64,000 bases of DNA from Octopus sinensis (GCF_006345805.1 NC_043000.1:43400001-43464000), one strand, 5' to 3'. Shown: positions 13,166 to 27,216, numbered from the stretch's first letter. Program-made: numbers and translations. The notes: generated by a model not told the origin, from the letters alone.

Positions 13166-15525
13166 ATATACATATACAGAATATGGTTTGAAGAAATCAA
13201 GGCGAATAGCTGAGTCAATACTCTATCTGATAAATCTGGCAAACAATATGCCCAGTGAAGAGAATGGTAATTCATGTACGTTAAATTTTCTAGTCACCCC
13301 GCACTAACTGTAAACTCGAGGTTATTCACCAATCAGTAGATTAGTATATAAATAACAGAGTACAACAACAAGACAAAAATTAAAAATGATATTACAAAAG
13401 TTTGTTCAAGTACGTACCTATCGAATGGCTTAAAGAACTGTTTCCACGCTGTACACTGGCTTCTAAGCATAATTAATCATGTCATTAATCACTTGACTAA
13501 TAAAACGGTTAGCGGCCAATCATTCAATTCAGAATTATTATGGTAGAATTTCAGATTTTGTTTTAAACAGAAACTTGTGTAAGTGTTGTTGCAGATAAGA
13601 GGTCAACATGTTATTCAGATAATAGTCTGCAAGAATAAAACTTAGAGAAGACTTACTACTATCTAAAAACTTTGATTGTCAACCAATCTAATGGGTGATT
13701 AGTAACGGAATATAGAATAGTTAAGTTAAATATCTGCCTCTGTTTCATTCGAGAAGTTCCAGGTTTTTACGGTTATAGTGAATTCAGTTATGCAAAATAG
13801 ATTAAATACAAATATATTGGACGTAATAGTTAAGAATTCGATTAAAATTTTTAAAATTGTTAGGAAACGAATACTTGGAAAATTATATATATATATATAT
13901 ATATGGGTCATCATGCAGTGAAATTTTAGCAACATGGTATAGTCTTACTGACGAGTTATGTGTGTTTTCCAAAGGTGGGGATCAGTATCTGTTGACATGA
14001 TCTATGTTATTGAATATTGTTCTCTTCTTTGTACACACACACAGATGCATATTAGCATATACGCAAACACATACGCACTCAGCCACGCGCACGAGCACTC
14101 ACACACGCCTACACATTGATAACGAGGAAAGATGTTGGGAGCACTGTGTCCATATAATTTTTAGTTACAATATTAGCGGTTAGAAACTTTTTGTCACATG
14201 AATATATGTACCCCACTGCATACTGCCATGAAACCATTCTGTACTTTTGCCGGTATTTAACTGCACATGTAAGCAATTATAATGCATTAAAATAAGTGAG
14301 TATTGAACCTTTTAACGCGTTTAATTATTACACCTTAAATATATTTTAAAAGAACTTTGAAATGAAGTTAGTTTTAAGGAAATAAAAAATATTGCAACTT
14401 AATGTTGTTCTTTTAGATACGTTCTATACTTTAAAGCATTTATACAGTTGTCAGTGTGAATATGAATATTATTACATATTTCTTAGCGTATTATGCAATA
14501 TATATTGAATAAGTATGTATCAATACAATACCTATTTTCTTATTATCATTGTAAATTCCTATGCATGTAATAGGTACGATCTCAAGCATACAATGCTTTT
14601 CTTTGTTTCTCGCCAGTGAAACTTTTAATGGAGAAAATGCTTCTGATTCTCTCTTTCTCTGTCTGTTTTGCCTTCTTTCTATCTATGTACGTATAGATGT
14701 ATACATAATAAATACATACATATACTCATTATCTATCATTGAGTGCCTGAGGTTTGGCAACACATATATTTATATCAGAATTTCAAATATTATTATATTA
14801 TCAAATCAGTGCACTAGATGAGTTTTAACTTTTACATATAACAACAGTAATAAACAGGTATAAGTATTATGTCCGCAAATGTAAATCTTGCTATTCTCCG
14901 AGACATTCACAGTACTTATTCACACAACACATTCCTAGAGTGAATGGTTGCTCTTGTTCATTTTGGCGTTTTCATTTTATGCTGTATACTGTTAAATACT
15001 GGCTGAAGTGTTATAGAGAAACTGAACTCTTAGAGATCGTGACAATCTAAGAATCCCGTGGAGTTAATGCATTCGGCAAGATGCCTACTGCTTCTTGTCA
15101 TGTGCATCCTTCCATGAATATTCAAGGCATTGAGAGCAAAAAGAAGGAAGCTAAGTAAGCACTCTCCAGTAGTAAGCTAATCTTACTAATCATCATGCCT
15201 AGAGGAATGAATGACACAAATGTGTTTTCAGTGCGAAAACTGGCTGCATATTGATGGAATAGAATCCCATGAATATCTGTTCCTTTATACGAGTTTGAAG
15301 TGATTATAAATTGAAAGACAAGTAATTATTTCCTTATTCCTTTACTGGTTTTCGTCATTGAATTGCTGACTATCATTATAACACAGAGCGTGTATCTGGT
15401 AATTCTATCTTCAATACCTGAATCCATGATGGATATATTTCAAATTCTAAAATATGGAAGGAAACAACGCTTGGATGAAATTTAATATCATGATACAATT
15501 TTGAACGATGTAATGATTTTGTTGC

Positions 15526-15563
<38 letters not shown>

Positions 15564-15565
15564 TA

Positions 15566-15667
15566 TATATAAGAAAAAAGGTTTGAAAATGCAATTTAAA
15601 CGATCTTTATTTACTTAAGTAAATAAACATCGTTTAAATTGCATTTTCAAACCTTTTTTCTTATATA
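15566..15667. repeat. Loopless 102-bp palindrome
   Basis: Arms are reverse complements around tactt|aagta (15616/15617) with one mismatch. Confidence 0.95.
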
Positions 15668-15697
15668 ATCCCACTCGTGCGATACCCCACAACTCAA

Positions 15698-15768
<71 letters not shown>

Positions 15769-15803
15769 ATATGTATGTATATGTATATGTATATATGTAA
15801 ATG

Positions 15804-15854
<51 letters not shown>

Positions 15855-15855
<1 letters not shown>

Positions 15856-16515
15856 GCAGGTCACTTTCGAGTGTTACTGGTAACATGTAACCCAGTACAA
15901 CCTGTTGCATAGTCGGGCCGTCGGCGACTAAACCGGCAACCCCACCAAGCTTGCTTGGTGAGGAGGGTGTTTATTGGACACCTTGCGGGATGAAAAACAA
16001 AAACCGTCAAAGGGCGGAAGAACTCTTGAGAGTCAACGGCCATCCAATAAATGTGTAATTATTTTTTCTTCTTAAGGCTTTAGGCTGTATCATGCGCGAG
16101 GACATAGAAATAATCGGACTGAATACCCGATCGCGCGGTTAAACCATTGGGAGTGAAGGACTCCTAGCCTTTGTTAAGGCATCCTTCTAGGAGAAGGTAA
16201 CTCAGGTAACTGGGATAACTCCGACATAAAACCTGCGGCTCAGTGGTTACCGATGACGTTGACTTGTTCTTCTTTTCGGATTATGGCTGCTGTTGCTTAG
16301 TGAGTGGGATTGATTCAGTGCACAGCCTTTCCTCACTTTTAAAAAAAACTTCTTGCACAGGCATTGCACGATAACAACATCGTTTATGATTGTTGAGGGT
16401 GCTGTGAGTTTCAACTGAATGGCTAGCTGTAGCCTTAAAAAGCAAATAAACGTCACATTCGATCACAGCACCAATAACAGTTAAGTTTCGTGCAATGGTC
16501 ATACTCGATAACGAG
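15855..16515 (+). mobile_element. Non-autonomous interspersed element, probably RTE-derived (5'UTR plus 3' tail)
   Basis: Second copy on - at 42330-42751; gggagtgaaggactcctagcc...ctaggagaaggtaactc resembles RTE 5'UTRs; non-coding and hairpin-rich, between microsatellites. Confidence 0.7.
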
Positions 16516-19500
16516 GGGGCAGCCATCATGTATGTATGTGTGTGTATATGCATGTGTGTATGGATGCATATTCATATATGGAGAGAGAAGAGGAAGGAGA
16601 GAGAGAAAAAAAAGAGAAATCAACGCATATGTGTATACATATTTCTTTATGCAGATTGAGAAAAGCTACTAAGAACCAGTACTAAAAGCATGATTAGTGT
16701 TCTTAAGAAATTATAATGTTTTTATAATTTAACCAATATTCATATTTTCATATTTTGTCAGTATTTTGCTCAAGTTATTCGCCCCAACTATTTAGTAAAA
16801 TAATTGTAAAATTGTATCTTTCTGCTCTCTTGGACGCCGATTTAAAAGATTATTCAATGGTCATTTCCGGAGGTTTTGTAAGGGAATTTTGTGTACGTTG
16901 TATCACTTTGTTGATATTTGACGCTTATCAAATTCTCTTTATCGCGAAGTTTACACCTTAGCTGACTGAAGTCGAATTCATATATTTCATTAGTAGATTG
17001 AATTACGTTTTGTTAGTTTGAACATCAATATGAAGGCTGTTACATCTTAATGTTAAGGTAGTCTATTATAAATCGTCAGGTTGTCGTTATGAGTGGTGTA
17101 CGTTGTACTCTGTTTTCGGACTCTTTCCCTAATTATAGGCTCATCTGTTCTCTAATCAGGGTGCATTTGGCCTTTGTAGTTTATCTTATGCGAAAAGTGA
17201 TTAAACAGAACATACATTTGATTGAAATTTTGTAGAGATTTTATTGTGTATTACATCATATATAGTAATTATACTTTTATCAGATTTGACATAGATATAG
17301 TATTTGCCCTGTCCGTCTTTTCACAACTTTATTTTCATTTTTATCTCTATACATTTTGCTTCCTTCTGATACGAAGTACAATGCGTGGCAGACACAAAGC
17401 GTAAGAGAGCGCCCCTCATTGCAAATCTGAAGTGCTACTCTAATGTTTAAAACCGGAAACATCAAGTACCTTTTCACATGTAATTTATGTTTGAAATGGC
17501 GTTCAAAGCAGAATTGGTACAGAAATAACTGTAACTAGTTACCCTTTCTTTGTGGTCTCATCTGGATTAAATTTTACACTTCTCTAAACCCACTCAATGG
17601 CTTTGCCTTATGACATCTGGATTTTCTACACGTGAAAATTTTGCGAACAGAATTTTCGGAGGTAGATAAACAAGTACTTGTTCTTAAATCATTAGAATCG
17701 TTGTCCAGGATTATTATTGTTTAATTATATAAAATATTTGCAGAATCTTTGATGTATATTGGAGATACAGTTGTTTCAACTAGTTGATTTCTTACTCCTC
17801 TTTTCTTATTAATCTTATAACAGGTTAGGCTGGAGACCTATGTTGCTGCTGCACAAAGAACACATAATTGGCATTATGTTTTAGAAGCATCAAAACCGAT
17901 CAAGGAGATACATATCCAAAAGCCAACCATCCGAAACAATCACTCCTTTGTCATCATGTAACGTGGCTACATATAATATTTCATTTGTCGTTTTAAACAA
18001 TAAGGTATTTTGCGGGAGATTTAACTTCTCTTTTGCCGCAGACCAATACACTATCTAAACAATTCTACGTTTGCCAAAGAAGAACAACAACAATTTCTGC
18101 TCGATGTTTAGGGAATTTAAAGTAAGTAAAAGCTGAGGTGAAGTATGCCGCTCTACCACGATCTGCTTTAGAGTCTACTATTGCATCTAATGTTCTTTAT
18201 CGCAGGCAAAAGTATAATATATAACAGAAACAACAATATTCTTGACGTTTTCTTAGCAATAATTTGTAAGATGTTCACACCTTGTGCTTTTAAACTATTT
18301 CCACAACTATATATGTTAATCCACTACGTATTGATTTCTATAATATATTTGTGCAGGGATATCAAATTTCTGACATGAGATTTGAGAATAGATCCATAAA
18401 GTCCGCCAAATAATAAATTCTGATTAGCCCATAGATATGTGGCCACAATTGATATTTATCACACATCTGAAATCCCGTAGTCAAAAGAATTTTTGAACAC
18501 ACTGTTCGTGAAAGGCTTTCTATACATTGCGTTGGCTTAGATCCAATAATGGTCAATTTCTCCAACACGAATTTGTCGGAATATAAATTTATGGAAGACA
18601 AATCATGTTTTCTTATAAGAATCAATGATATATTGGGGAAGATATACCACTAGCATTCTGTAGACTAACAATATATGATGACACAGATGAAATTTATGAC
18701 AAATGCAGAAATGATTCAGCATCGTAAAATATCCAAGACAATCATTTTTAGAATGCCATCCTTTACCGTAATTTGTTTTACCTTTAAGCCATAAGAATAA
18801 ATACCTTTCATTCATTTGTGATAGCAGTAAAACTTCTCCCCATATTGAACGTCGTTAGTAAATTCCCAGCTTCCTATTCCACGTATTGTCGGATAGGTAG
18901 CTAAGAGTTAATCAAGAGAAATTGTAAACATGCATACACTATTATGTGTCTCTAGCAGCCAACACTTGAGAGAGGAGTTAGAAAATGAAGATTGTATCTA
19001 AAGGCATTAATGATATGTTTTTGACAATAAACAAACTCTCTTTATTTTTGGAGTATGTATGACTAGAAACATATCATTTATTTGAAACTTACCCAGTAGC
19101 ATTAATAGTGCATTCAAATAAATGGCGTGTCTTTCATTGGCAAGGAAAATATATATGAATTTGATTGGCAGGAATATTACTTCTTATTAAATAGTTTTTG
19201 CAACTAAGTTGAAATAAACATATTTTACTTACTGACCAGTAAGAAAAACATATCTATTGAAAGCAAAAACCTGCTGATCCATACTAATACCAAATATGTG
19301 TAGCCTTTCCATAAGCATTTTAAATGCAATACTCAAAAAACAATAAACTGAGTACAATGCGTACATTATTCCAAATGATTGTAATGCAAGCAATGTCCAT
19401 CAATTTGAACAAACAACTTGTAGAAAAAAAACTACATACGGCGATAGCTAATCTATTGTAAAATACTAAACATTGGAGCTGATTGCTTGTGACATCATTA

Positions 19501-19571
19501 GCATCATCATCATCATCATTATTGTCATCATCGTCATATTTATTTTCATTATTATTATTATTACTATTATT

Positions 19572-19820
19572 GAGCGAGGGAGCAGTGCATGCCATCAAAA
19601 GTGACACTGGGGTAAAATATACGAAGCCCAGTATACCCATCATGACTACCCGTCTGATAAGGGTACATCAGGCACATGCATCACAACCGTATGTGTGCGA
19701 TATGGCGATCTCATATCAAGATAAACAGCACATGACCTGGCAGGTGGGGCCCAGTTAGAATTTTCTTCGGGTTGAGTAGCCCATCCCGCTCAAGATGTCC
19801 CTGAATAAGGGACATCTTGA
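19572..19820. mobile_element. Unclassified GC-richer short element inserted within (TTA)n
   Basis: About 250 bp block with sharp boundaries and (ATT)n runs on both sides; no coding signature. Confidence 0.55.
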
Positions 19821-19886
<66 letters not shown>

Positions 19887-20158
19887 GCCCTTGCAGAGCT
19901 TCTAACGCTGGAGATGTACTACAGTGTTAGCTGTTCATTACCCGTGAACTAAGGTAACACCTCTTATTTTTCGAGCACCTTCCGGAGTATTCGAGCGGTT
20001 CCAAGCAGTGCTGTTTTGTGCAAGTGCTCCACCCTTATTGCAACCTCTATTTGTTCCACGTACTTCTCGAGATTTTGCTCACTGTTCCCAGAGCTCTGAC
20101 AATTATTGGTACTACAACTACCTTTTTCATCCACCGCAACTGCTTAACTTCCCATACT
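19887..20158 (-). mobile_element. 3' end of an R4/Dong-type RLE non-LTR retrotransposon
   Basis: Minus strand translates WEVKQLRWMKKVVVVPIIVRALGTVSK..EHLHKTALLGTARILRKVLEK* (stop 19964-19966), the typical RLE C-terminus; its 3' end abuts (TAA)n, the known Dong target. Confidence 0.88.
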
Positions 20159-22731
20159 ACTGCTACCTTTTTCTATTATTATTATTATTTTTTTGTTGCT
20201 GACGTGGTCGTCGTCGTCGTCGTCCTCCTCCTCCTCCTCATCATCATCATCATCATCCATCACCACCGCCACCACCTAATGTTAAACAGTTTCGGCTGGT
20301 TTGGTAGATTATCCGGTAATATTGCGAGTAACTCTATTAAAATTTTTATGACTCATAGTCTTGCTGTTGAACTAATCCAAATTTTCGTCTGACATTTTTT
20401 ATATCCTTTTTACTTTGTCTGCCGTATTTCTGTTTGGAAGAAGTGTAACGTTTATCTTGCAAGATTCTTTTCCTTATTCTGTATAATGACATCATATTTA
20501 CTTAGTGGAGTTGTTCTTTAACTTCAGACTTTGGATTAGCAGCTTCATTTAGATCTTTTTCTCTGGTACATACTTCTGCCAATCATGCGTAGCTTGAGAC
20601 CGCAGGTTTTTAGATATTCAATAATACAAATTAGCAGAAATCTTGTAATATATCACATGTATACATTCGGAACATATAACTTTCAGTATTTTCACAAACT
20701 AATTACGTAGGTGGTATTTATATTTGATTTATTGCAATAACTATTCTTTCTTACTAGTCAGAATTCAGTGGTTCGCCTAATACTGCCACCGATAAACCCC
20801 CACTTTCTATCTTTCCATCTCATTTGATAAGATTTTATGCGTTTATTAGATACGTACCTTCGTAACAGCATCCTATTATTGACAATTATTCAACAATGAA
20901 GCATATACCATTGACACACACAATGTTACAAACACCAAAATCAAATTTCTTCTAAAAACAGACACTACCTGCTTAGAAAAAAGTCACATTACGTTGTTTA
21001 CTCCTCAATCCGTTGTGCTGGAAAAATATTGAGATCAAATTTTTTATTTCCGGTTAAGATCAGTTTAGGGATAAATACGAAAAAAGATCCCTAACTGTGT
21101 CTCCTCTTTTGCTTCTTGGTTATGTTATATTTTACATTCTTTATTTTGAGTATATGCAGCAATTTGAATGTTATTTCTTTTGCTTATTCCATAAATCTCT
21201 GTTCCTACTAAATTCTCGTGGCAGTATCTTCTGTTTCGTCATTTCACGCAATGTAGATATACCCCACTATTTCTCTTATTCGTATATAGTAAACACCATG
21301 TGACTCTTTACCATTTAACTCTTTTCCTTTGAAGCTTACCCTCTCGGTAGCTCATTCTATTACATCTCAAAATTTATCCTTCCTTTCACTTTTAAAACCA
21401 ACATATTCTCGTAAGGAAAGTTAAAATTCTAATAAAGTTGAAGAAAAAGATAGTGATAATTCCAAAATGAAAATACTCTCAAATATTTTCCAAATAACAT
21501 CCTACTCTTTGAATAAGGACAAAAGCAGTGTACAAATATAAAGTTGCATATACAAATAAATTCAATACACGATGAAGAGATTAAGAACAACGTGAACATT
21601 TTGTTCGTGGTTCTGCTTTTCACATGCATCTGCGTTTAGACTTGTGAGTTATGTATTATATTGTAAAAGTGTCTCATATATATATTGCTTTTTAAAATAG
21701 AGAAAAGAAAATAAGTTGTCAGCTTACCCCATTTTAACTGCTCTCAACGTAAGAGAAGAAAATGTATTTTTATACTAGTCAATCAAAATCTAAATTAAAT
21801 CAAGCACCAAAACACACAGAGAGTATTAATGTAGTATTTAAACAGTCTTACTTTCAGTATTTTTCTATGGTTTCATACTCACTTGAAAACATTTGTATTA
21901 ATTGTGTTTCTAATAAAACGTGTATAGTTTTTTTTTTATTTCATAAAAATTAATCTCTTTAACCAAGTTTCCCTAATCTAATTTTGGAGATACAAGTCAA
22001 AATGTTTCGCTAAGACATTTAGGAATTTTGCCACAAGACAAACACACTTCAAATTATAAAAATGAATGAAGAAGGAACTAAAAGAAGAAATGATTGCAAA
22101 AGAAATTTTAAAAGCCAACAAAACATATCTGTTAAAATAACTAAAATTCAATATTACAGTGACATTTAAAAAAAATTTATATCTGAAAACTCAACTTCAT
22201 GTTGAAGTTTGCAATGCTGAAACCGTTTACATTAATGATTTTAAAAGTATTTTTAATGTATTCTAAACATAATAATCAATGAAACTTTCAAATGTGGAAT
22301 TATTTTCTTAGGCATTTATTTTCACAAGACGTTTGAAGCATTCGAAATCGTTCTATAGCCATAATCTAAATGTTTGGCTTTGAAATGGTGCAAAACTATT
22401 CAACATAATACATTCTTAAGTGACAGGTAAAGTTGATAGAATGTAATTTCAAACTCAGAAAACTTCGTGACAGAAAATAACTGGTGTCTGTAATTATATT
22501 CATATATATATATGTATACATGTATGTATATTCGTATATGTGTATGTAAGCATGTATATATACAGGATTGGGCAAAAGTCCCCCAACAGTAAATCAAAAT
22601 TCCACAAATACTTAATATTCAATTTTATTTATATATTCAAATTATGAATGCTTAATAATTGAATGCTGTGAGTTAAAATCACCGTCCTATCTATAAGAAA
22701 AAATGTTTGTTTTAATCTTCCAATTAAGTAA

Positions 22732-22810
<79 letters not shown>

Positions 22811-22897
22811 ATATATATGGGGAAAGTAATAAGAAGGAAGCGAAAATGCACATGGGATATATAAAAAATAAAGGGCTTTTTATGACAAGTAACGATA

Positions 22898-23502
22898 AAT
22901 ATGCACAATTAGATGAACGGAATAAAAGTCATTATTATGAATTGTTAAAGGGATTCAAAGTCATACTAGTCCCAGAGGGAAAATATTTTATGCAAGGGAG
23001 GTAAGTAGTTCTGGGAATGGTTTAATTAGGGTAGATGTAATACTGTAATATGAATGGTGTATGGAAAGTGTGGGAATTAGTGGTATTAATGGGTTAGTAG
23101 TGATGTATATTATGTTATGTGTTTATGTTGAGTTGTGGAGAATATTTATTGATGAAAGTGGCTTCTTTATTTATTCTTAGCTGAACTGAAGTATTATGTG
23201 AAAATTGATATAAAGGGAAAAATTTGAAAGCTAGGATTAGGTATCCTAGCACACATTTCTATGTGTTCACTGAGCATACACCACTCATATTACAGTATTA
23301 CATCAATCCTAATTGCACCACTCCCAGAATGTAATATATTTACTCAGGGACTAGCGGACCCGACACCGTTGGTAATCAGTGCGCATTCAAAGCCACGTGA
23401 ACAGCAATTGACGAAACAGGTATGAGTTTGAATCCCTTTAACAATTCAAATTAACGACAATTATTCTTCTTAATTCTACCTCAGTTCATCTAATTGTATA
23501 TT
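22898..23502 (-). mobile_element. 5'-truncated Penelope-like element: GIY-YIG C-terminus plus pLTR with inverted pLTR copy
   Basis: About 23272-23118 (-) reads EHIEMCARIPNPSFQIFPF...QLRINKEATFINKYSPQLNINT; 22898-23065 is a diverged inverted repeat of 23275-23502. Confidence 0.82.
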
Positions 23503-23622
23503 ATAATTATATTATAGTGTCAACTATACATTATAGTTGACACTATAATGTGTTGGCAAATACATTATAGTATTTGTCAACATTGTACTGTTAACAAATC
23601 GGCACTATAATTTGTCAACATT

Positions 23623-23965
23623 ATAGTGCCGATGTTGACAAAGCCCTTAACCATCAATGGTTAGTGTCTTCTGGGTTAAAATGAGAAACAGAAGGGTTTA
23701 TCATAACAGCCCAAGATGAATGCTTACCTACATGAAACATTCAGGCCACCATATTGAAGAACGGCCGTAGCCCATGTCGTGTATGTCAAAAACAAAATGA
23801 AACCATTGATCATGTTGTCGCAATGTGCAGTCATCTAGCGCCTACAGAGTATCTCAAGAGGCTTGATTGATCAGCACAATATATTCACTGGCTAATATGC
23901 TCCATGATAAAAACCGCTGTGTACAAAAATCACCCCCAGTGCTTGAAAATGGTCACATCTCGCTG
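23623..23965 (+). mobile_element. R4/Dong-type retrotransposon fragment (CCHC zinc knuckle region)
   Basis: SADVDKALNHQWL..GLK.ETEGFIITAQD...CRVCQKQNETIDHVVAMCSHLAPTEYLKR...AQYIHWLIC, with stops and frameshifts. Confidence 0.88.
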
Positions 23966-24711
23966 GGTGCAAGAGATAAAAAACATTGATATAGCAATTT
24001 ATGTTGTTTATATTAAAATTATTGATTAAAGAAATATATGAATAATTTAGTTGATAACCTTGTTAAAAGTACTCACAATTCAGAAAATTATGGTTTCTTA
24101 AATGTCTGTTTTTGACGTTCAAAATATAGTTAGTAGAAATATACATACATGAACGAACACACACACACACACGCACGCACACTTATATATGTATATATAA
24201 GTGTATGTGTATATCTATACATTATATTATATTTTCACGGTGACAGAATTGTAGAATTATATATATGTAGGTAGATATTTAAATATACACTTTATATAAA
24301 CTTCAGCAGCTAACACCGCTTTTTATACTTCTCTCGTCATATAATCTTTAAGCCACAAATTACATATATTTTAAAATCTGATTTTTGTTATTTTTCATTG
24401 AAAATTACTCTCAATTATTTGACTGCATTTTGAAATGCTGGACTTACATTTTTCACTTCAATATTCCGAGCCACTGGCCACTTTTTTCTTTATTAATTCA
24501 TCCCCTAGAAATTAATCTGTCTGTCCCTTCTCCATCCATCTTGCTTTTGAGTGCACTCTCTGAGGTGTACGCTGCGTGTTGAAATATATCCTATCAATTC
24601 CAAACACGCAGCCGCATGGTTCAGCTAGTCTCTTTTTCTTATCTATTTGTTTAAAAAGATTGTTTTCTTTTATTATGATTGAAGTATGAAATTGGTGGGA
24701 AATGACAAATG

Positions 24712-24975
24712 TGAAGATGCGTGGTCTAGTGATTAGGGGGGTCTAGTGGTCGAGTGATTTGTGATCGCAAGATTCCTGGACTGGGCGGTGCGTTGTGTAC
24801 TTGAGAAAAACACTTCTTCTCACGTCACATTGCAATAATTGCCAGACCTGATGTGTGGTACACCATGCACCTCTTAAGGCAACATATGAGCTAATGTACA
24901 GTACAAATTATTTGTCCTGGGTGATCAGCAGAAATTTGCGGAATCGCGTTTCCCTCACTACGACAGACTCACTAT
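24712..24975 (+). mobile_element. Decayed tRNA/CORE-type SINE
   Basis: gtgaagatgcgtggtctagtgattagg head and gcgttgtgtacttgagaaaaacact core. Confidence 0.65.
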
Positions 24976-25046
24976 CATATATATACTGTTGCTCCCATTG
25001 GAACACAAGGTAAAATCTAAAATGAACTCCTCGCCTTTTCAAGAAC

Positions 25047-25288
25047 ATGAATTTTTTATATTTGACTCTATTGAATGTATGTCACAATTATGAACTACTA
25101 CATCGTACTCTTTAAACATATAGCATGGACTCGCTTTATTATATATGAATTTTTTATATTTGACTCTATTGAATATTATATATGGATTTTTTATATTTGA
25201 CTCTATTGAATATATGTCACAATTATGAACTATTACATCATACTCTTTAAACATATAGCATGGACTCTCTTTATTATATATAATTTTT
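25047..25288. repeat. Local tandem duplication of an about 99-bp unit (full, partial, full)
   Basis: ttttatatttgactctattgaat occurs three times; the rest of the unit occurs twice. Confidence 0.9.
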
Positions 25289-25388
25289 TTTGATAAGGTT
25301 CGTCATTTCAAGAACCTAAACATGTTAAAATTAAAATTTCTGTAATATAGCAGCATTTTCAAACTTCATTTTTTACAAATATATATAC

Positions 25389-25525
<137 letters not shown>

Positions 25526-27029
25526 TATATGTGTACATATATATATATGTATGTATGTATGTATGCATGTATACACCTACATAACTATAGGCATAAGTTT
25601 GTGTAAATACCATGTGTCGCATTTAAGGTATAATTATACAGCTTTCACATTTCGATTGTGTTTACAGTTTCATTTACCTTTGTTATTAATAATGATAACC
25701 CTCTGCTAAACTCACGTTTCTTCATCACTTACCATGTTATCCATTATATTTTATTTCCCTTCCCCATGCTTCTAATATATAGTTTCTTACAGCCGGTCAA
25801 TGGTTTAAAATGTTTTATTCTCAGGAATAGCTTTGTCAGAAGAAACTCGCGCTTCACTACTGACCGCATCCTATTTTTTGAAATTATTAAAATAGTTTTA
25901 AAATGTAGGCTACTGTAAGATAGTTCCAGCTACACGTTTAATGGATCATTTAATAGGTCAGGAGTATGGATCTTGCTGCATTTATCTTCTTTCACTTTTC
26001 ATAATTCAGCACTTCACTAAGAATCTGAAATAGAAGCATGAGATTTGTTAGTGTCAATTTTTAAGCCTTCTGCGATGTAATTATTCGTTAAAATTTATGA
26101 TATTCTGAATGAAATGTGATAAAGTAATAGAAAATAGGAATAAATGTGTTTGTTTTTGCATTTTTAAATGATGTAAAATATCTTTGTTTATATTATTTTA
26201 TAGTAAAATTGTTTCCAATTTTTTTAAATATCTACTCAATATTGATAAAATCTTATTCTGAATAAACGATTTTAGTTTTATTTTTGCATTATATATTTAA
26301 AATTTTTATTACAGTAGACATTTTATGGGTTCCAATTTAATTATTTTCTTTCATTTTATATTTATATTTTTCTCCTCAAATTTACATTTGTCAGTATTTC
26401 CTAGAGTTTTTTGCCTTTCAATATCTCAGAGAGAAAAAGTATATAAATGAAAAAATATCCATCTATCTTGGACATCATTATAAATGGATTTACAAAAACG
26501 TTGTATATATAATTTATTAACTATAGTTGATATAGTTCTTAATTCTGTTTTAATTAAAAACCTTGCTAAGCATAAGATATCAGAAAGTAAATGATGAATT
26601 AATGATTGAAACTCACATCATTGATTTTAATTTTTTATCGCTACTGAAAACAGATGGGCTATAATGTAATTGAACTGAAGTGTCTCAGCACTTTTTCTAC
26701 TGGTATGACTAAATGGGTGAGTACAATGTAAATCACGGTATGGATTACTTGTAGCAGTTTCTATATCACCTACCGAATTACTATATGTGACGTAACACCT
26801 AACGTATAATACTGAGGTAGCAGAAACAGAATAATCAAAAAGTAATTGGTTAGATGTTCAAAGACGTTATCAACAGAAATGAGATATGTTCAAAGGTAAT
26901 CATATGTATTTCCTTCTACATATTTGTCTTTCACGAAACTCACTCTGTTACTCACTACTTATGTGACTAATTAACGTCTCTTCCCAAAAATACTCAGTGA
27001 TTTGTGGGTTAATAGTACTTATAGTTAAG

Positions 27030-27216
27030 TCGGTGGGCTGGCAGAATCGTTAGCAAGCCGGACAGAATGCTTAGCAGTTCAATTTTCGCCGAGGTTACCT
27101 TTGCTTTCCATCCTTTTGGTGTTGACAAAATAAGTACCCGTTGAGCACTGGGGTCGATGTTATCGACTGATCCCCTCTCCCAAAATTGCTGACCTTGTGC
27201 TAATATTTGAAACCAA
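27030..27216 (+). mobile_element. Meta-type tRNA SINE (internally deleted)
   Basis: gctggcagaatcgttagca head, gttcaattttcgccgagg, tttccatccttttggtgttgacaaaataagtacc Meta-like domain, and the ggggtcgatgttatcgac hairpin. Confidence 0.8.
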
